Part shown: positions 26,001 to 35,850 of the stretch, in pieces
How the letters are laid out: the number at the start of each line of letters is the position of its first letter
Position numbering within the stretch: the stretch's first letter is position 1
Assembly (NCBI GenBank): GCA_032718475.1
Contig: JAUCBJ010002113.1
Location: 1-37,102 of the forward strand
Reading direction: 5' to 3'
DNA from: Nemertoderma westbladi
Taxonomy: Eukaryota; Animalia; Xenacoelomorpha
Length of the DNA stretch: 37,102 nucleotides
Translations under genes and position numbers: made by a program
The notes under the pieces: model-generated
Told to the model about the DNA's origin: nothing
Database searches by the model: none
Seen by the model: only the letters and a program-made list of their open reading frames with translations

Positions 26001-28753
26001 TTTTTAATAGACTCTAATAGCATTCGTTCATCATGTAAAGCCTTTTTTGAATCTGCTGTATCCTCACACAATTTATGAATAATATTTTGAAAGTATATCA
26101 TTACTTTCTCAATTTTTTGAAAATTCCGAGGGTCAATAATATATTGACAACAATCATCAGCTATTGTCTCATTTGAATCCTCCCCCAAGCATTCATTAAT
26201 CTTCATTTGAATATCACCAAAAATATCTTGAAAACCGATTTCTATTTTAATTGAAGCTTCTCCATTCTCTGCTGATGTTCTTTTATTATTAACTGCTGAT
26301 TTCATATCATCATAAGACTTCTGCAGCAAATCATGCTCATGTTTAAAAACAATAATTTCATTTCCCTTTTTAATGAGACTATCCCGTGTGGATTCCAACT
26401 CACAAGATAAATTATCTATTACTGCAGAACATTCGCTATGATCATCGTAATTAGATGCCATTTCGCGCCTCAACTCATTGTTATCAGCTGCTATTGCATC
26501 AAATGAGGCCAACAAAGTCTCACGTTTAACATCATCATCAGCAGATGAAAAGAGACCAGAGAAGGGCCCAGTAATGTTATCTTGATCATTTGGATACATT
26601 TTCAAGACATTTATCTCCGAAGTAAGATTTTCTATTTCATCTGACTTGTCCTGGAGGTCGACTCTAAGATGATTCACTTCATCAGTTAATTGACATATAT
26701 TATCCTGTAATTTCTTATTTTGTGAGGAAACTGCAGCATGCAATGTTTGCAAACGTTCAAACTCATTTCGTTTTATCTGTTTAAATTCCTCAATCTCATT
26801 CTCCAACTCGGAACATTTATTTTGAAGGAGCAAATTCCTACTTGAACTCGCCTCCAAAAGTAACGCCTGGTTCTCAATATCAAACTTACAATGGGAATCT
26901 GAACTGAGCTGCAATTCGTTATTTACTTCCTGCAATTCTGTTAGCCTTCGGCTTAGATTCTTTATCTCAGAATCTTTAAATGATATTTCAGCAACCTTTG
27001 CATTAACGGAATCTTCAAGTTCCCTTAGGACTTCAGCAGTAGAACAACTATCCTGATCCTTTGGGAAAGGAGATGGATGAGGTTCTTGATCTTTAGGTAA
27101 ATGAGTTGTATGATGAGGAAGTTTAACCCCATCCAATGGGGAGCTAGCCCATGAATTCTGCTGAGCTTCAAGAAATGAACATTCTAAATTCTTGTTACGA
27201 AGTTCATGCCTTAAGTGTATTATTTCTTTGTTTAAAGAATATTGCCGCTTTTCCATAGACTCCATTGTCTTTTCACAAGCTTCCATTGTTTGAAACATGT
27301 GCCGAATCGCACTGAGAAGTTCAGGATTCTTATTATGGATATACGGATCATTGCATACTTTCTCTAGTTCATGCTCCACCATCTTATACTTAAATTCAAC
27401 ATCTATCAACTTATGAACAGAACCATCACCAGATAGAGAAATACTTCCACTACCAGAATTCAAAACACCATCAGGTTCCTCTGCTCCACTTGCACCGCCT
27501 ATTTCGCTATGCCCTTGTTCTGAGTCAATATCATGAGAATCATAATACCTACTTATTTCACTCACAGGAACAATATTTCCAATATTTTTTTCCTCAAACT
27601 CAGCAAATTTGTGCAAACCAAGGGGTATGTCAAATGAATCTTCATATCTCAATTCTTGTTGTGATGAAGAGTCAGCAATAGATTCAGTGGAGCTGCCTGC
27701 TCTGGCTAGTCTTTCAATGCCAGGGTAAATAACACCTTCCTCCCTGTCTATAGACTCTGATTCACTAACCAAAATATTATCACCTGTTCGAGATGGTTGT
27801 TGTAATTCAATATCATCAGGAGCATCAGAACTAAGTTTTTCAGTCTCTAAGAAGTATATCCTCTGTTCGCACTGTTCCTTTTCCTTTAAGCTGTCTTCTA
27901 AGTCGATTTCCAATTCAGTAACCTTACTTTGTAACTCTCCGTTGCTATTTATTATTAACTGAACGTCACTATTAATATTATTAATAATCATCTCAAACTG
28001 GTTGTGCACTTCAATGTCATGAACACAATTTAAAGCGGTTTTAAAATCACTAACATTACTATTATATGTTGAGTAAGTGGAAGAAATATCATCAAGATTA
28101 ACGGACCTATCAGTTTTATCAAAGTTAAAATCAGTTAATCGTTGCTCTAATTCAGTAATACGAACTTGATAACGATCAGTGTCTTCAACTAATCTATGTC
28201 TTAATAAATCCATTGATGTAGTGTGAGCCTCCTGCAGTGCAAATAATTCAAGCCTATGAGATTCCCGTTCTTCCTCAATGCGTTGCTCCCAATATGTTGA
28301 TTGATAACCATCCATTGGGGTATCAATTATTATCACATTCTCAGCGTCATCATTTATCGAAGCCCAGTCATTAAATGCTACTGGATTCAAGGCCTCATTT
28401 GTAATGCGCCCAGAAGCAGAGGAAGCATGTTCTTTATCGTGCAATTCTGTTTTTAACTTATTAATTTCGTCCTGAGCATCAGTCAGCTGTTGCCTGTAAC
28501 CAGCATTTGTCTCTATCAATTGCATTTCAAGTACTTCACATCTTTCAACATTATCATGGATCTCATGTTTTAAATGGGAATTTTCTTTAACATAACAGGC
28601 AAGCTGTTCTTCCAATTGTACTATAGTAGCTTTTGCAGCTTTCAATTCACCAGGTATATCATTGACCTCTTCCGTACCTTCAGTAAGAACTTGCTTTGTG
28701 AAATCCTTCAATTGCGATGTATATGTTGACAAATTCTCTCCAAACCAAGACAT
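17078..28753 (-). CDS. TRIP11: Golgin GMAP-210 / thyroid receptor-interacting protein 11 homologue, 3891 aa, single uninterrupted ORF
   Basis: N-terminal MSWFG...QLKDFTKQVLTEG resembles the GMAP-210 vesicle-capture terminus. Long coiled coil. Conserved C-terminal blocks ERLRGHLMDIEDTYTKEALGAEERE and YAESLANLQLVLEQFQ. GRAB domain VDRALVKNLLIAYF...DALKVIVGILGF (about 17715-17820) and GA1 motif FSELFVRFLERES (about 17575-17613). Recognised from memory of the family. Confidence 0.92.
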   Translation of the reverse strand: MSWFGENLSTYTSQLKDFTKQVLTEGTEEVNDIPGELKAAKATIVQLEEQLACYVKENSHLKHEIHDNVERCEVLEMQLIETNAGYRQQLTDAQDEINKLKTELHDKEHASSASGRITNEALNPVAFNDWASINDDAENVIIIDTPMDGYQSTYWEQRIEEERESHRLELFALQEAHTTSMDLLRHRLVEDTDRYQVRITELEQRLTDFNFDKTDRSVNLDDISSTYSTYNSNVSDFKTALNCVHDIEVHNQFEMIINNINSDVQLIINSNGELQSKVTELEIDLEDSLKEKEQCEQRIYFLETEKLSSDAPDDIELQQPSRTGDNILVSESESIDREEGVIYPGIERLARAGSSTESIADSSSQQELRYEDSFDIPLGLHKFAEFEEKNIGNIVPVSEISRYYDSHDIDSEQGHSEIGGASGAEEPDGVLNSGSGSISLSGDGSVHKLIDVEFKYKMVEHELEKVCNDPYIHNKNPELLSAIRHMFQTMEACEKTMESMEKRQYSLNKEIIHLRHELRNKNLECSFLEAQQNSWASSPLDGVKLPHHTTHLPKDQEPHPSPFPKDQDSCSTAEVLRELEDSVNAKVAEISFKDSEIKNLSRRLTELQEVNNELQLSSDSHCKFDIENQALLLEASSSRNLLLQNKCSELENEIEEFKQIKRNEFERLQTLHAAVSSQNKKLQDNICQLTDEVNHLRVDLQDKSDEIENLTSEINVLKMYPNDQDNITGPFSGLFSSADDDVKRETLLASFDAIAADNNELRREMASNYDDHSECSAVIDNLSCELESTRDSLIKKGNEIIVFKHEHDLLQKSYDDMKSAVNNKRTSAENGEASIKIEIGFQDIFGDIQMKINECLGEDSNETIADDCCQYIIDPRNFQKIEKVMIYFQNIIHKLCEDTADSKKALHDERMLLESIKKENIALQLSSEVGAENNNSLEVTKLQKQLFQVESQLSNNTIQLEDEIRKRLKLGEQLKCITENAQYSLKSPRNEQSVPDALGSESDTITLLNCVITKISNDLTNQTLENKRLQGIIDDHVNEIHLLVHGRDELAIQVSDLERCIEVYKSEVLALKTNIDNITFEKDEIETHLIELQENNKILNSEKTQMLESYREFQESTAALESKLQRITGEYSLLSSSVDTIKSERDHLEHCLHISKDELDKEIHEKMGIEEDLRLLQNSFDQMKQKMISKSQIPDGGDVIDLENIVKVVNDSQQISIANQLRKNDNSLLQCSLQDAPSPVAITKRDGETLDISGTDTTRKALDVCPSVDLKVPIEEEISIPNKSSSKARKVKEQMKGLAKKLKDLQSQKDALETLHQVQNNELEALREQNSELCESFETLTNDLNDIKNNRDQLLHDLEVMDRQHQEATNILLCSRSDLQREVEQLKSKLESQNCDKDKINSLQNKLKTVEKELLLSEQQHMELNVSYGNLSVEHTSMLENVDDILTEKAQLEEANFDLKKLIASLQLDKEERTTNIVVCDTYSTPTADDNNILVLQGESTIHDIKSNDLQECSKPNPINSQCNNAEPSLPVHCAHSDVETFTNLKVEIDSLRGELNITSNELISVTKLLKSSEESYKHLRGESDNFREKSELSSTELVTVGEQLKVSEESRISLKNETDCLQDKLELASTELVTVGEQLKVSEESRISLKNETDCLQDKLELASSELVTVGEQLKVSEESRISLKNETDCLQDKLELASSELVTVSEQLKVSEESRISLKNETDCLQDKLELASTELVTVGEQVKVSEESSISLKNETDCLQDKLELASSELVTVGEQLKVSEESRISLKNETDCLQDKLELASSALVTVGEQLKVSEESRIYLKNETDCLQDKLELASSELVTVGEQLKVSEESRISLKNETYCLQDKLELASTDLVTVGEQMKVSEESRISLKNETDCLQDKLELASTELVTVGEQLKVSEESRISLKNETDCLQDKLELASTELVTVGEQLKVSEESLVCLMNETKFTCIDLTTATERIKTLEEANKYLLDQTDSFNRKFEYVSVQLETVTQQLSISEESNKCMQDKLDSLQSSADVSEEVGAFPGRIKKTALATTLEDSVNAVEFQVAATMTDDASCYGYVIDSPAQCSNNTYHPPEYLEFTNNIQKDKLDLIADVEGNVGQPVAYSEVSEYDLLKVKYDEILLDNEDTKEFLTASLDTQKQLELVIKDTRESMELLKVECVHLRKENQQHYSEVTRLQKEVEMLHEFQQKSQEVVSLHDDRKAAALNSNTDVQYKDANISVVENNASNIDVKQLAIITELENEISILRGSSASVGKTSDITLDKRDPCNHCVEQKVLIQKQLDRIHELQNLVDNLSTNVLDTEIKISEANENVLDLTRQLHTAHVAIADMTKEDHSGVIDSLKCTLDEKQEYIGSLEFQVSSVNHNLISKECEIQLLQSNLNEFANIQHDNVMLLEKLTSLDSKLRKKEAESEEIIAFVEQLKTDKQTTDVEILSLKEHNADLEEKLYKLQDELTCKCNELSDLRVQLVDIKNDSMSKGIALMNIQEEMNENKFTFETKLINLQNDMETKIKDNLDISLEVERLKSEIYAKDIQLQDGENSLQRVMEKNKLLQEELLLKNEEIYEVQIRFDEYRDKVIVEQSRNKTSVQDSEMFEKEVESANFELSCKNKENIDLRDLVATLREDITANKLCIQSLQVQSENIKSQHSEAEATIYYLQNQLQDKSYQLENFSFETQQLKDYLNTERLENSALQTNIADVTTTVDELQTELSYKDKHINEFVCQIERLQNEIETKNNSFEELNKSKGNEKEEFERKLLEAKDAMKFKIIEVSQINSQLTEIKHEFDANCETINTFQNDISTIKSDSADAISKHLKEIDQLNTTIFDLETTLIDEHTIIQAVYNCEMQHLYIQDETLGEQSINSAISYKDMISKILDWSQAKTVLINKLNVELQSLKDQSEAQLMTPLAGEAEMSQGKTGDNSQECDIYQQKIPTETGIQSLELLESNNVDSSVSDEAINEKEQMLSILNERSRESNSLKLELQRIVSVCSAQESALLKTQEELNIMLNDNATLRAQLDGFSPDVSKETIGKLANIIKDKDLEIESHIEKNKTLLFVLQDSQPNSSNVIETLVNERDSYYNQAVSFHSQCEQFSVELNLKTSEVISLGEELSELKEFYNKFNNGAPLVTSNVAAEVKVEEEEVSQRDAGDNVTESDHKDDTINELNCQLSYYKSECLEFTQSIETLTGRIEELSLEISNRDKIVESLEAQMTSAQSPVNTGYILESSPIRNVGTVETREQGTEVDEVRKNEIEMELIRVQMLVDRYLSELDDLRRNKSELEYINIELEATVQSCKSEISRLQAEIEEKTEIEAKLESDLVDQNEIYSRLESAFNEQQETSSRYHQEIQSLSSRLEISYELAQKDAGNTGIIEEMRRDNEKLRQRLQSVSSGEDEMMKKYTEVVKHLEQAEQNFKSQEDKLSLESERLRGHLMDIEDTYTKEALGAEEREKNLRDRLIVAEEDARRSKLAVDQASANSSLYVEELSNELSTLRAERVATQHQLAIGHEQLETYAESLANLQLVLEQFQRDRESSIQSEVDRYGKYAAEQKLEAESARLSLEERTRQLAATTEALEGAKRLAGELDNRERVIEGLREELEGTRRNLQLLEEQLHSMTDSSSEQVDRALVKNLLIAYFDCPAAKRPDALKVIVGILGFADSESEHILGTGGAGWLPQWATWGGKGGAPPLNRSFSELFVRFLERESTPHSRRNPSRLPLAAAVSEPTRQSRSAHALAFNPFLSASPSAMDFAPSIVASTQEPSELRTSTPFQTPVRQTPPTFEPDATAPLTPVQPDATAPLTPFYSDATAPLTPFQPDATAPLTPFYSDATAPLTPFYTPPSDPHTTATNGLPATSSPNDLSDVLPESEH
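17175..17341 (-). repeat. Coding 33-bp minisatellite x5 (P/S-DATAPLTP-F/V-Q/Y) in the C-terminal tail
   Basis: GGAGTCAGTGG(C/A)GCAGTGGCGTCGG repeated 5 times with alternating variants (66-bp dimer). Confidence 0.9.
22848..23972 (-). repeat. Coding 105-bp (35-aa) tandem repeat, 10 full units plus a partial unit
   Basis: S(T/S)ELVTVGEQLKVSEESRISLKNETDCLQDKLELA repeated. DNA period 105 (AAGCCAATTC at 22921, 23026, ...). Confidence 0.95.
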
Positions 28754-28821
28754 ATTCAGAATATATATTTAGGAGTTTGGAACAGCAAATACAATTTTCT
28801 GTTAATGCTGTAGGCCTATTG

Positions 28822-28840
28822 CTGTAAAGAGGTTTAATTA
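28822..28840 (-). other. Putative splice acceptor of a 5'-UTR intron of the golgin gene
   Basis: The minus strand reads TAATTAAACCTCTTTACAG|CAATAGG, about 68 nt upstream of the ATG. Confidence 0.35.
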
Positions 28841-29536
28841 CACAGAATACCGGTAGTAGCAGTAGGTTACCCTTAATACCTTCCTATCAGTATATATGTT
28901 AATATGTTATAGGTTACCGGTAGCCCTACTCATACTGTCATATAATAAAATAATAGGCCTATATCATATTAGTCAGTCAGAACTCAGAAGTAGAAGACCT
29001 ACGGTAGTACGGTACTGACCTACAAACAGAAACAACAACAGCAGAACAAAACAAGAATCAACAATAGGCCTATATTATACTGACTGATACCTAACAAAGT
29101 AGGCCTAACATATGAACATAACGCGGTAGGCCAGACCGGAATCCATTTATATTTATTATTCGGATGCCGGGGGCACCACGGCCATAATACAGTAATAGCG
29201 ACAGAAATTTGTATCACAATTAATACACAAATAAAGATAAACATTTGTACCACTAATTTACGGAATTAAAATGTGTTGTAGGCACACAAATTCACAAATA
29301 CTGGACGCATTAATAACAATACTGCAATAATTATTACACGGCTGCACGGTTATTTTGTTATTTACCGGTACCCTGTTATTTTGCCTATTTACCGGTACCG
29401 GTACCCTGTTATTTTGCCGGCGGAGAAGATCATATAACCCAGTAACCCAAGGGCCGCAGGCCCGAGGGCATCCTTCCAACCGACCAATTTTTATGCGCGC
29501 TACGCGCCGATGGAAATTCAAAGCATATCGTGCTGT

Positions 29537-32346
29537 CAGTAGGGAACATACCCTTAAATAAGCTCCAAAAGTGGGTTCTTATTTAAGGAAAATGGCTCTT
29601 ATTTAGGGGTTTTTGGGCCTTTTTTGGATATTTTTTCGATATAATATGCAATAACTTGTTTCAGGAAAAAATACCGCACAATTTTATTTCACAATGTAAA
29701 AGTTGGGTCTTTCTTGAACATAAAGCAAAAAACCAGAAAACATTTCACCGTCCGGTTTTTTTTCTACAAGCGTTTTAAAATTGCATCAAAAATACGACTA
29801 GTTCCTAAATAAGGGGGATTTTTTAAATTTACCTTATTTAAGATATCGAAATCGAAAATAAATACCAAAAGTCCCTAAATAATAACTTTTTGACCTGGGT
29901 TTCTTATTTAGGAATACATTGTATTCCAAAATCTGCACATTCCTTAAATAAAATAAATATTCCTTATTCCTTACAGTATATGTTACAGTGTTACACTTCT
30001 TTCATACCCGAATTCTTTGATTTATGTCAGTCTGAATATTGCTAATTGTTGGGTTAAGGATAAGGACAATAGTTGCACTGCACTCTATAAATCCTCTATA
30101 GAATATCGTATCATAATGAAGTCGCTAGCACTGGCATTCTTACCTCACACGGTAGCATAGAATAGCCCATCGCCCATCTGAGCGCACATACATTGTCATG
30201 TATTTCGATGAGACATGACTCAAGTAACTGGACATCGCCGAACAGTTTCGAAAAACTAACTTGTGTCCTGCATTTCCTCTTCTGCTCCGCGTTACGCCCC
30301 ACTTAGATGGATTGTCCACAATGTTGTACTTGAAAGGTGTGAAAAAAAAACCAATGTCAATGTTATGTCAATAGGCACAAAGATGGTTCCGTCGGGCAGC
30401 TGATAGACGTTATGAAGGTTAAAGATGATTAACATTAACATGTTGTCTTTCGTTAGTCAGAGGTCGTTCAACACAATACTCGTCTCCTTAATTTGCCTCA
30501 TTGTGTTCGTTTGTTTTCTACCAAACTTCAGATTATTTCTAATCTTTTGACAGACTACATACATACCAAGTTTCGTTTAATTTCATCAAGGAATGACCTA
30601 GTCTGCTAGTTAATAGCGATAAAAAATTTACAACGACGACAGACAACTCGTTAATAGCACCCATATGCTAAGGTTTCGCTCACTTGAACGTGGCTCTATC
30701 CGGTTCGACGCAGTTTGTTGCTCGTTGTTGCTCATTGCTGCTCGTTGTGCTTTATTATTTCTCGTTGTTGGTCATTGTTGCTCATTCTTGCTTGTTGGTG
30801 CTCGTTGTTGCTCGTTAGTTGTACTTTATTATTGCTCGTTGTTGCTCGTTGTACTCTATTATTGCTCTTTGTTGCTCATTATTGCTCGTTGTTGTACTTT
30901 ATTATTGCTCGTTCAATCGTTGTTCCTCATTGCTGCTCGTTGTTGCTCAATATTACTCTTGCTCGTTCAGTCGTTGTTGCTTATTATTGCTCGTTGTTTC
31001 TCGTTGTTGCTCATTGTTGCTCGTTGTTGTTCTTTATTATTGCTCATTGTTGCTCAGTGTTTCTCATTGTTGCTCAATGTTACTCGTTGTTATACTTTAT
31101 TATTGCTCAATGTTACTCGTTGTTGCTCATTGTCATTGTTGCTCATTGTTACTCGTTGTTCCTCATGTCCTAATTATCAGATTATTGGTCGTTGATTCTC
31201 GTTGTTGTACTTTATTATTGCTCGTTGTTGCTCATTATTACTCATTGTTACTCGTTGTTGCTCATTGTTGCTCATTGTTGCTCGTTGTTGTACTTTATTA
31301 TTGCTCGTTCAGTTGTTGTTCCTCATTGTTGATCGTTGTTGCTCATTGTTGCTCGTTGTTGTACTTTATTATTGCTCATTGTTGCTCGTTGTTTCTCAAT
31401 GTTACTCGTTGTTGCTCATTGTTGTTCGTTGTTGCTCGTTCAGTCGTTGTTCCTCATTATTGCTCATTGTTGTTCGTTGTTTCTCGCTGTTGCTCGTTGT
31501 TGTACTTTATTATTGCTCATTTTTGCTCGTTGTTGCTCGTAGTAGTCGTAGTTCTGTAGTTGCTCATTGTTAATCGTTGTTGCTCATTGTTGCTCGTTCA
31601 GTCGTTGTTCCTCATTATTGCTCGTTGTGGTACTTTAGTATTGCTCATTGTTGCTCAATGTTACTCGTTGTTGCTCATTGTTGCTCGTTGTTACTCGTTG
31701 TTGCTCGTTGTTTTGTTACTCATTGTTCATTTGTTGCTCGTTGTTGCTTATTGTTGGTCATTGTTGCTCGTTGTGCATTTTTGCACCTATCAAATTAAGC
31801 TCAGATGTCCTTGCAATGTCCTGTAAAGGTTAGGCAGTTACAAGTTACGAGGTCATAACTGTCATAAGCAGTTAAGGGCAGAAGGAGGACTGGAGGACGG
31901 GGCTGGGAGACGAGGTTATAAGAGACATTATATAAGGATATTTAATTTAATTTATTTAATTTAATATATGAGAAATGAGAAATAGTTAATTTATTTAAGG
32001 AGTATGCAGATTTTGGAATTTCAATGTCTTAAATAAGGTAAATTTAAAAAATCCCTCTTATTTAGGAACTGGTCGTATTTTTGATGCAATTTTAAAACGC
32101 TTGTAGAAAAAAAACCGGACGGTGAAATGTTTTCTGGTTTTTTGCATTATGTTCAAGAAAGACCCAACTTTTATATTGTGAAATAAAATTATGCGGTATT
32201 TTTACCTGAAACAAGTTCTTGCATATTATGTCGAAAAAATATCCAAAAAAGGCCCAAAAACAAAAACCCCTAAATAAGAGCCATTTTCCTTAAATAAGAA
32301 CCCACTTTTGGAGCTTATTTAAGTGTTAAGGGTATGTTCCCTACTG
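29537..32346. mobile_element. Non-autonomous long-TIR (foldback-like) DNA transposon, 2810 bp, 5-bp TSD GCTGT
   Basis: Termini CAGTAGGGAACATACCCTTAA / TTAAGGGTATGTTCCCTACTG. Inverted similarity runs over about 29537-29970 versus 31965-32346, with an indel of about 70 bp. GCTGT at 29532-29536 and 32347-32351. Many internal C(T/C)TAAATAAG motifs in both orientations. Confidence 0.9.
30714..31775. repeat. TTG-derived low-complexity satellite (about 10-bp unit TGTTGCTC(G/A)T with longer-period variants)
   Basis: Read directly. It is the source of the spurious Leu/Cys-rich ORFs at 30665-31833. Confidence 0.92.
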
Positions 32347-33192
32347 GCTGTCGTGTGCCAACGAAATTTTTAAGCACGCCGTGCATTGACCTGATTGATA
32401 CAATTTTGAAGAGCGCCGCGGCAATGCAATTTCAATTTTGAAGGAGTGTAACCAGTCTGCAACTGTCACCTCACCACGGTCTGAACAGCTGAATGTCAGA
32501 CTTTACAGGCAGACAGGTACTGGGTACCGGTAGTTCAGTAGTTTGGTAGTACCGGCCCGGAGGTTACTGTGGTACAGTACTGCAGTACCCTGGTACCGTG
32601 TACCGGTAGCGTACAGGCGTAGCAGTACTGAATTATTTTTCTGTTTTTCTAAAGTCTGACTGTCTGAAAGTTGCGTTTAGCAGTTTACAGGTTTAGGCCT
32701 ACCTGCCTGCCTGCAACCTGGCAACCTGCGTCCTGCATACACAACTGTACAAAACATCACATCATTCACATTATCACATTAGCTAATCAGTACTGCAGTA
32801 CCGGTACCAGTGCAGCAGTGACCAGTACCAGAGTGCTGCAGTATACGGCAGTGCGGGTATATTACTGTATTATATCAGTATACGGTACCTGCAGTTTTGC
32901 AAACTTGTCTGCCTGTACCGGTAACATCTGCCTGACAGCTATGTACTGCTGTAGCCTACTGCAGTACTGATGTATATAGACTAAAAGAGCACCAGCACCA
33001 CTGCATTATAACAGTAATGACACCCCCAGCCTGCCAGCACCAGCACCAAGCCAAGACCAGCACTTATATATGATATAGCAGGCCTACTGATCAGACTTAT
33101 ATACTGACTTGCATATAATCTTGTAAACACAATATATGTTAACTTTCGTTACGGTTTTGGTTCCCAAAACTCGCATCTGTAACCTGCTCCTT

Positions 33193-33220
33193 TACTAACC
33201 CTGTAACCTGCTTACAGCAG
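33193..33220 (+). other. Putative branch point and 3' splice site of a plus-strand (divergent) transcript
   Basis: TACTAAC at 33193-33199 followed by CCTGCTTACAG|CAG (33212-33220). Confidence 0.35.
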
Positions 33221-33870
33221 TACAGCTGCAGCCTGCAGATCTATCATCTATCAACAAACGAGACCAGACAGAAGAGAGCCAAGATCAAACATAAAATTAT
33301 AATATAAAATGCAGTGCTGGTGGTGTGGGTGTCTCATTATATTGCAGATGCACTGTAAAAAAAATGAAAAATTTGCTTCATCTTTATTATGGTAAAAAAA
33401 TAAAAGCACCAATACACCATGTAAAGGCGTTTTTCCTTTAAATGGTTTGTGGCGAAATTGATCCACTCTATTCTATGTGAAATACCTAGAATAATTTACT
33501 TAAAATGCATTTGAGAAATACAATAAAAATATCTATACATTAAATTGCAATTTACACAAATGTGTAAATATATTAAACTGAAATCACCATTATACCACTG
33601 GCCGTATTTATTTTCACCGTGTTATAATTATGATGTAACACATTTATTAATCCAGATAAGTTTTCGTGATTTCGTATTATAATAATTAAAGGTAAAATAC
33701 CAAGTGTACTTTTATACATTTACGTCTGCCAATTTCACCATGAAAAATTCATGGTAAAACGTTGTTACTTTTAACCAAACCATTTTTAAGAAAATTCGTT
33801 TCCCTTGCATGATAACTGAATTGTGATTGGCTGACTGCTTCAGAACTGTTGTTTAAGAGTAGAAAACTGT

Positions 33871-35460
<1,590 letters not shown>

Positions 35461-35721
35461 ATCTCGCAAAATGATTGGCTGAGTATTTAATGGAGATTCT
35501 TTAGAATAAATATAGCTAAATAATTTTGTTGTGACATCGATATGGTAAATTAATATTTCAGTATCAATACTAAAACGTCATAAGGTAATTTATAATATAT
35601 CTTATAAATTGGGTCGCCTCCACGCCTAAAATACAGTATATTACTTTTAAAACACCATTTTTCTGTTAATACCTGTCTGTGAACAATCCTCTGTGTGCCT
35701 TTGGGTTGGGGTGCAGATTAA

Positions 35722-35747
35722 GGGGGGGGGGGGGGGGGGGGGGGGGG
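35722..35747. repeat. Poly-G tract (26 nt)
   Basis: Read directly. Confidence 0.95.
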
Positions 35748-35850
35748 TTGAAAGCGAGCAACTTTCCCCTCTTATGATTTATTTGCGGTTTGGTTAATTT
35801 CTTAAATACAGATTTTGTGTAGAATTGCTCAATTTTAATTTGTATCTCAT

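Noticed and set aside
17156-27681. Plus-strand ORFs overlapping the golgin
   Set aside because: Antisense shadows of the coiled-coil CDS and its repeats, with non-ATG starts in many cases.
30665-31833. Leu/Cys-rich membrane-like ORFs
   Set aside because: Low-complexity TTG satellite open in several frames.
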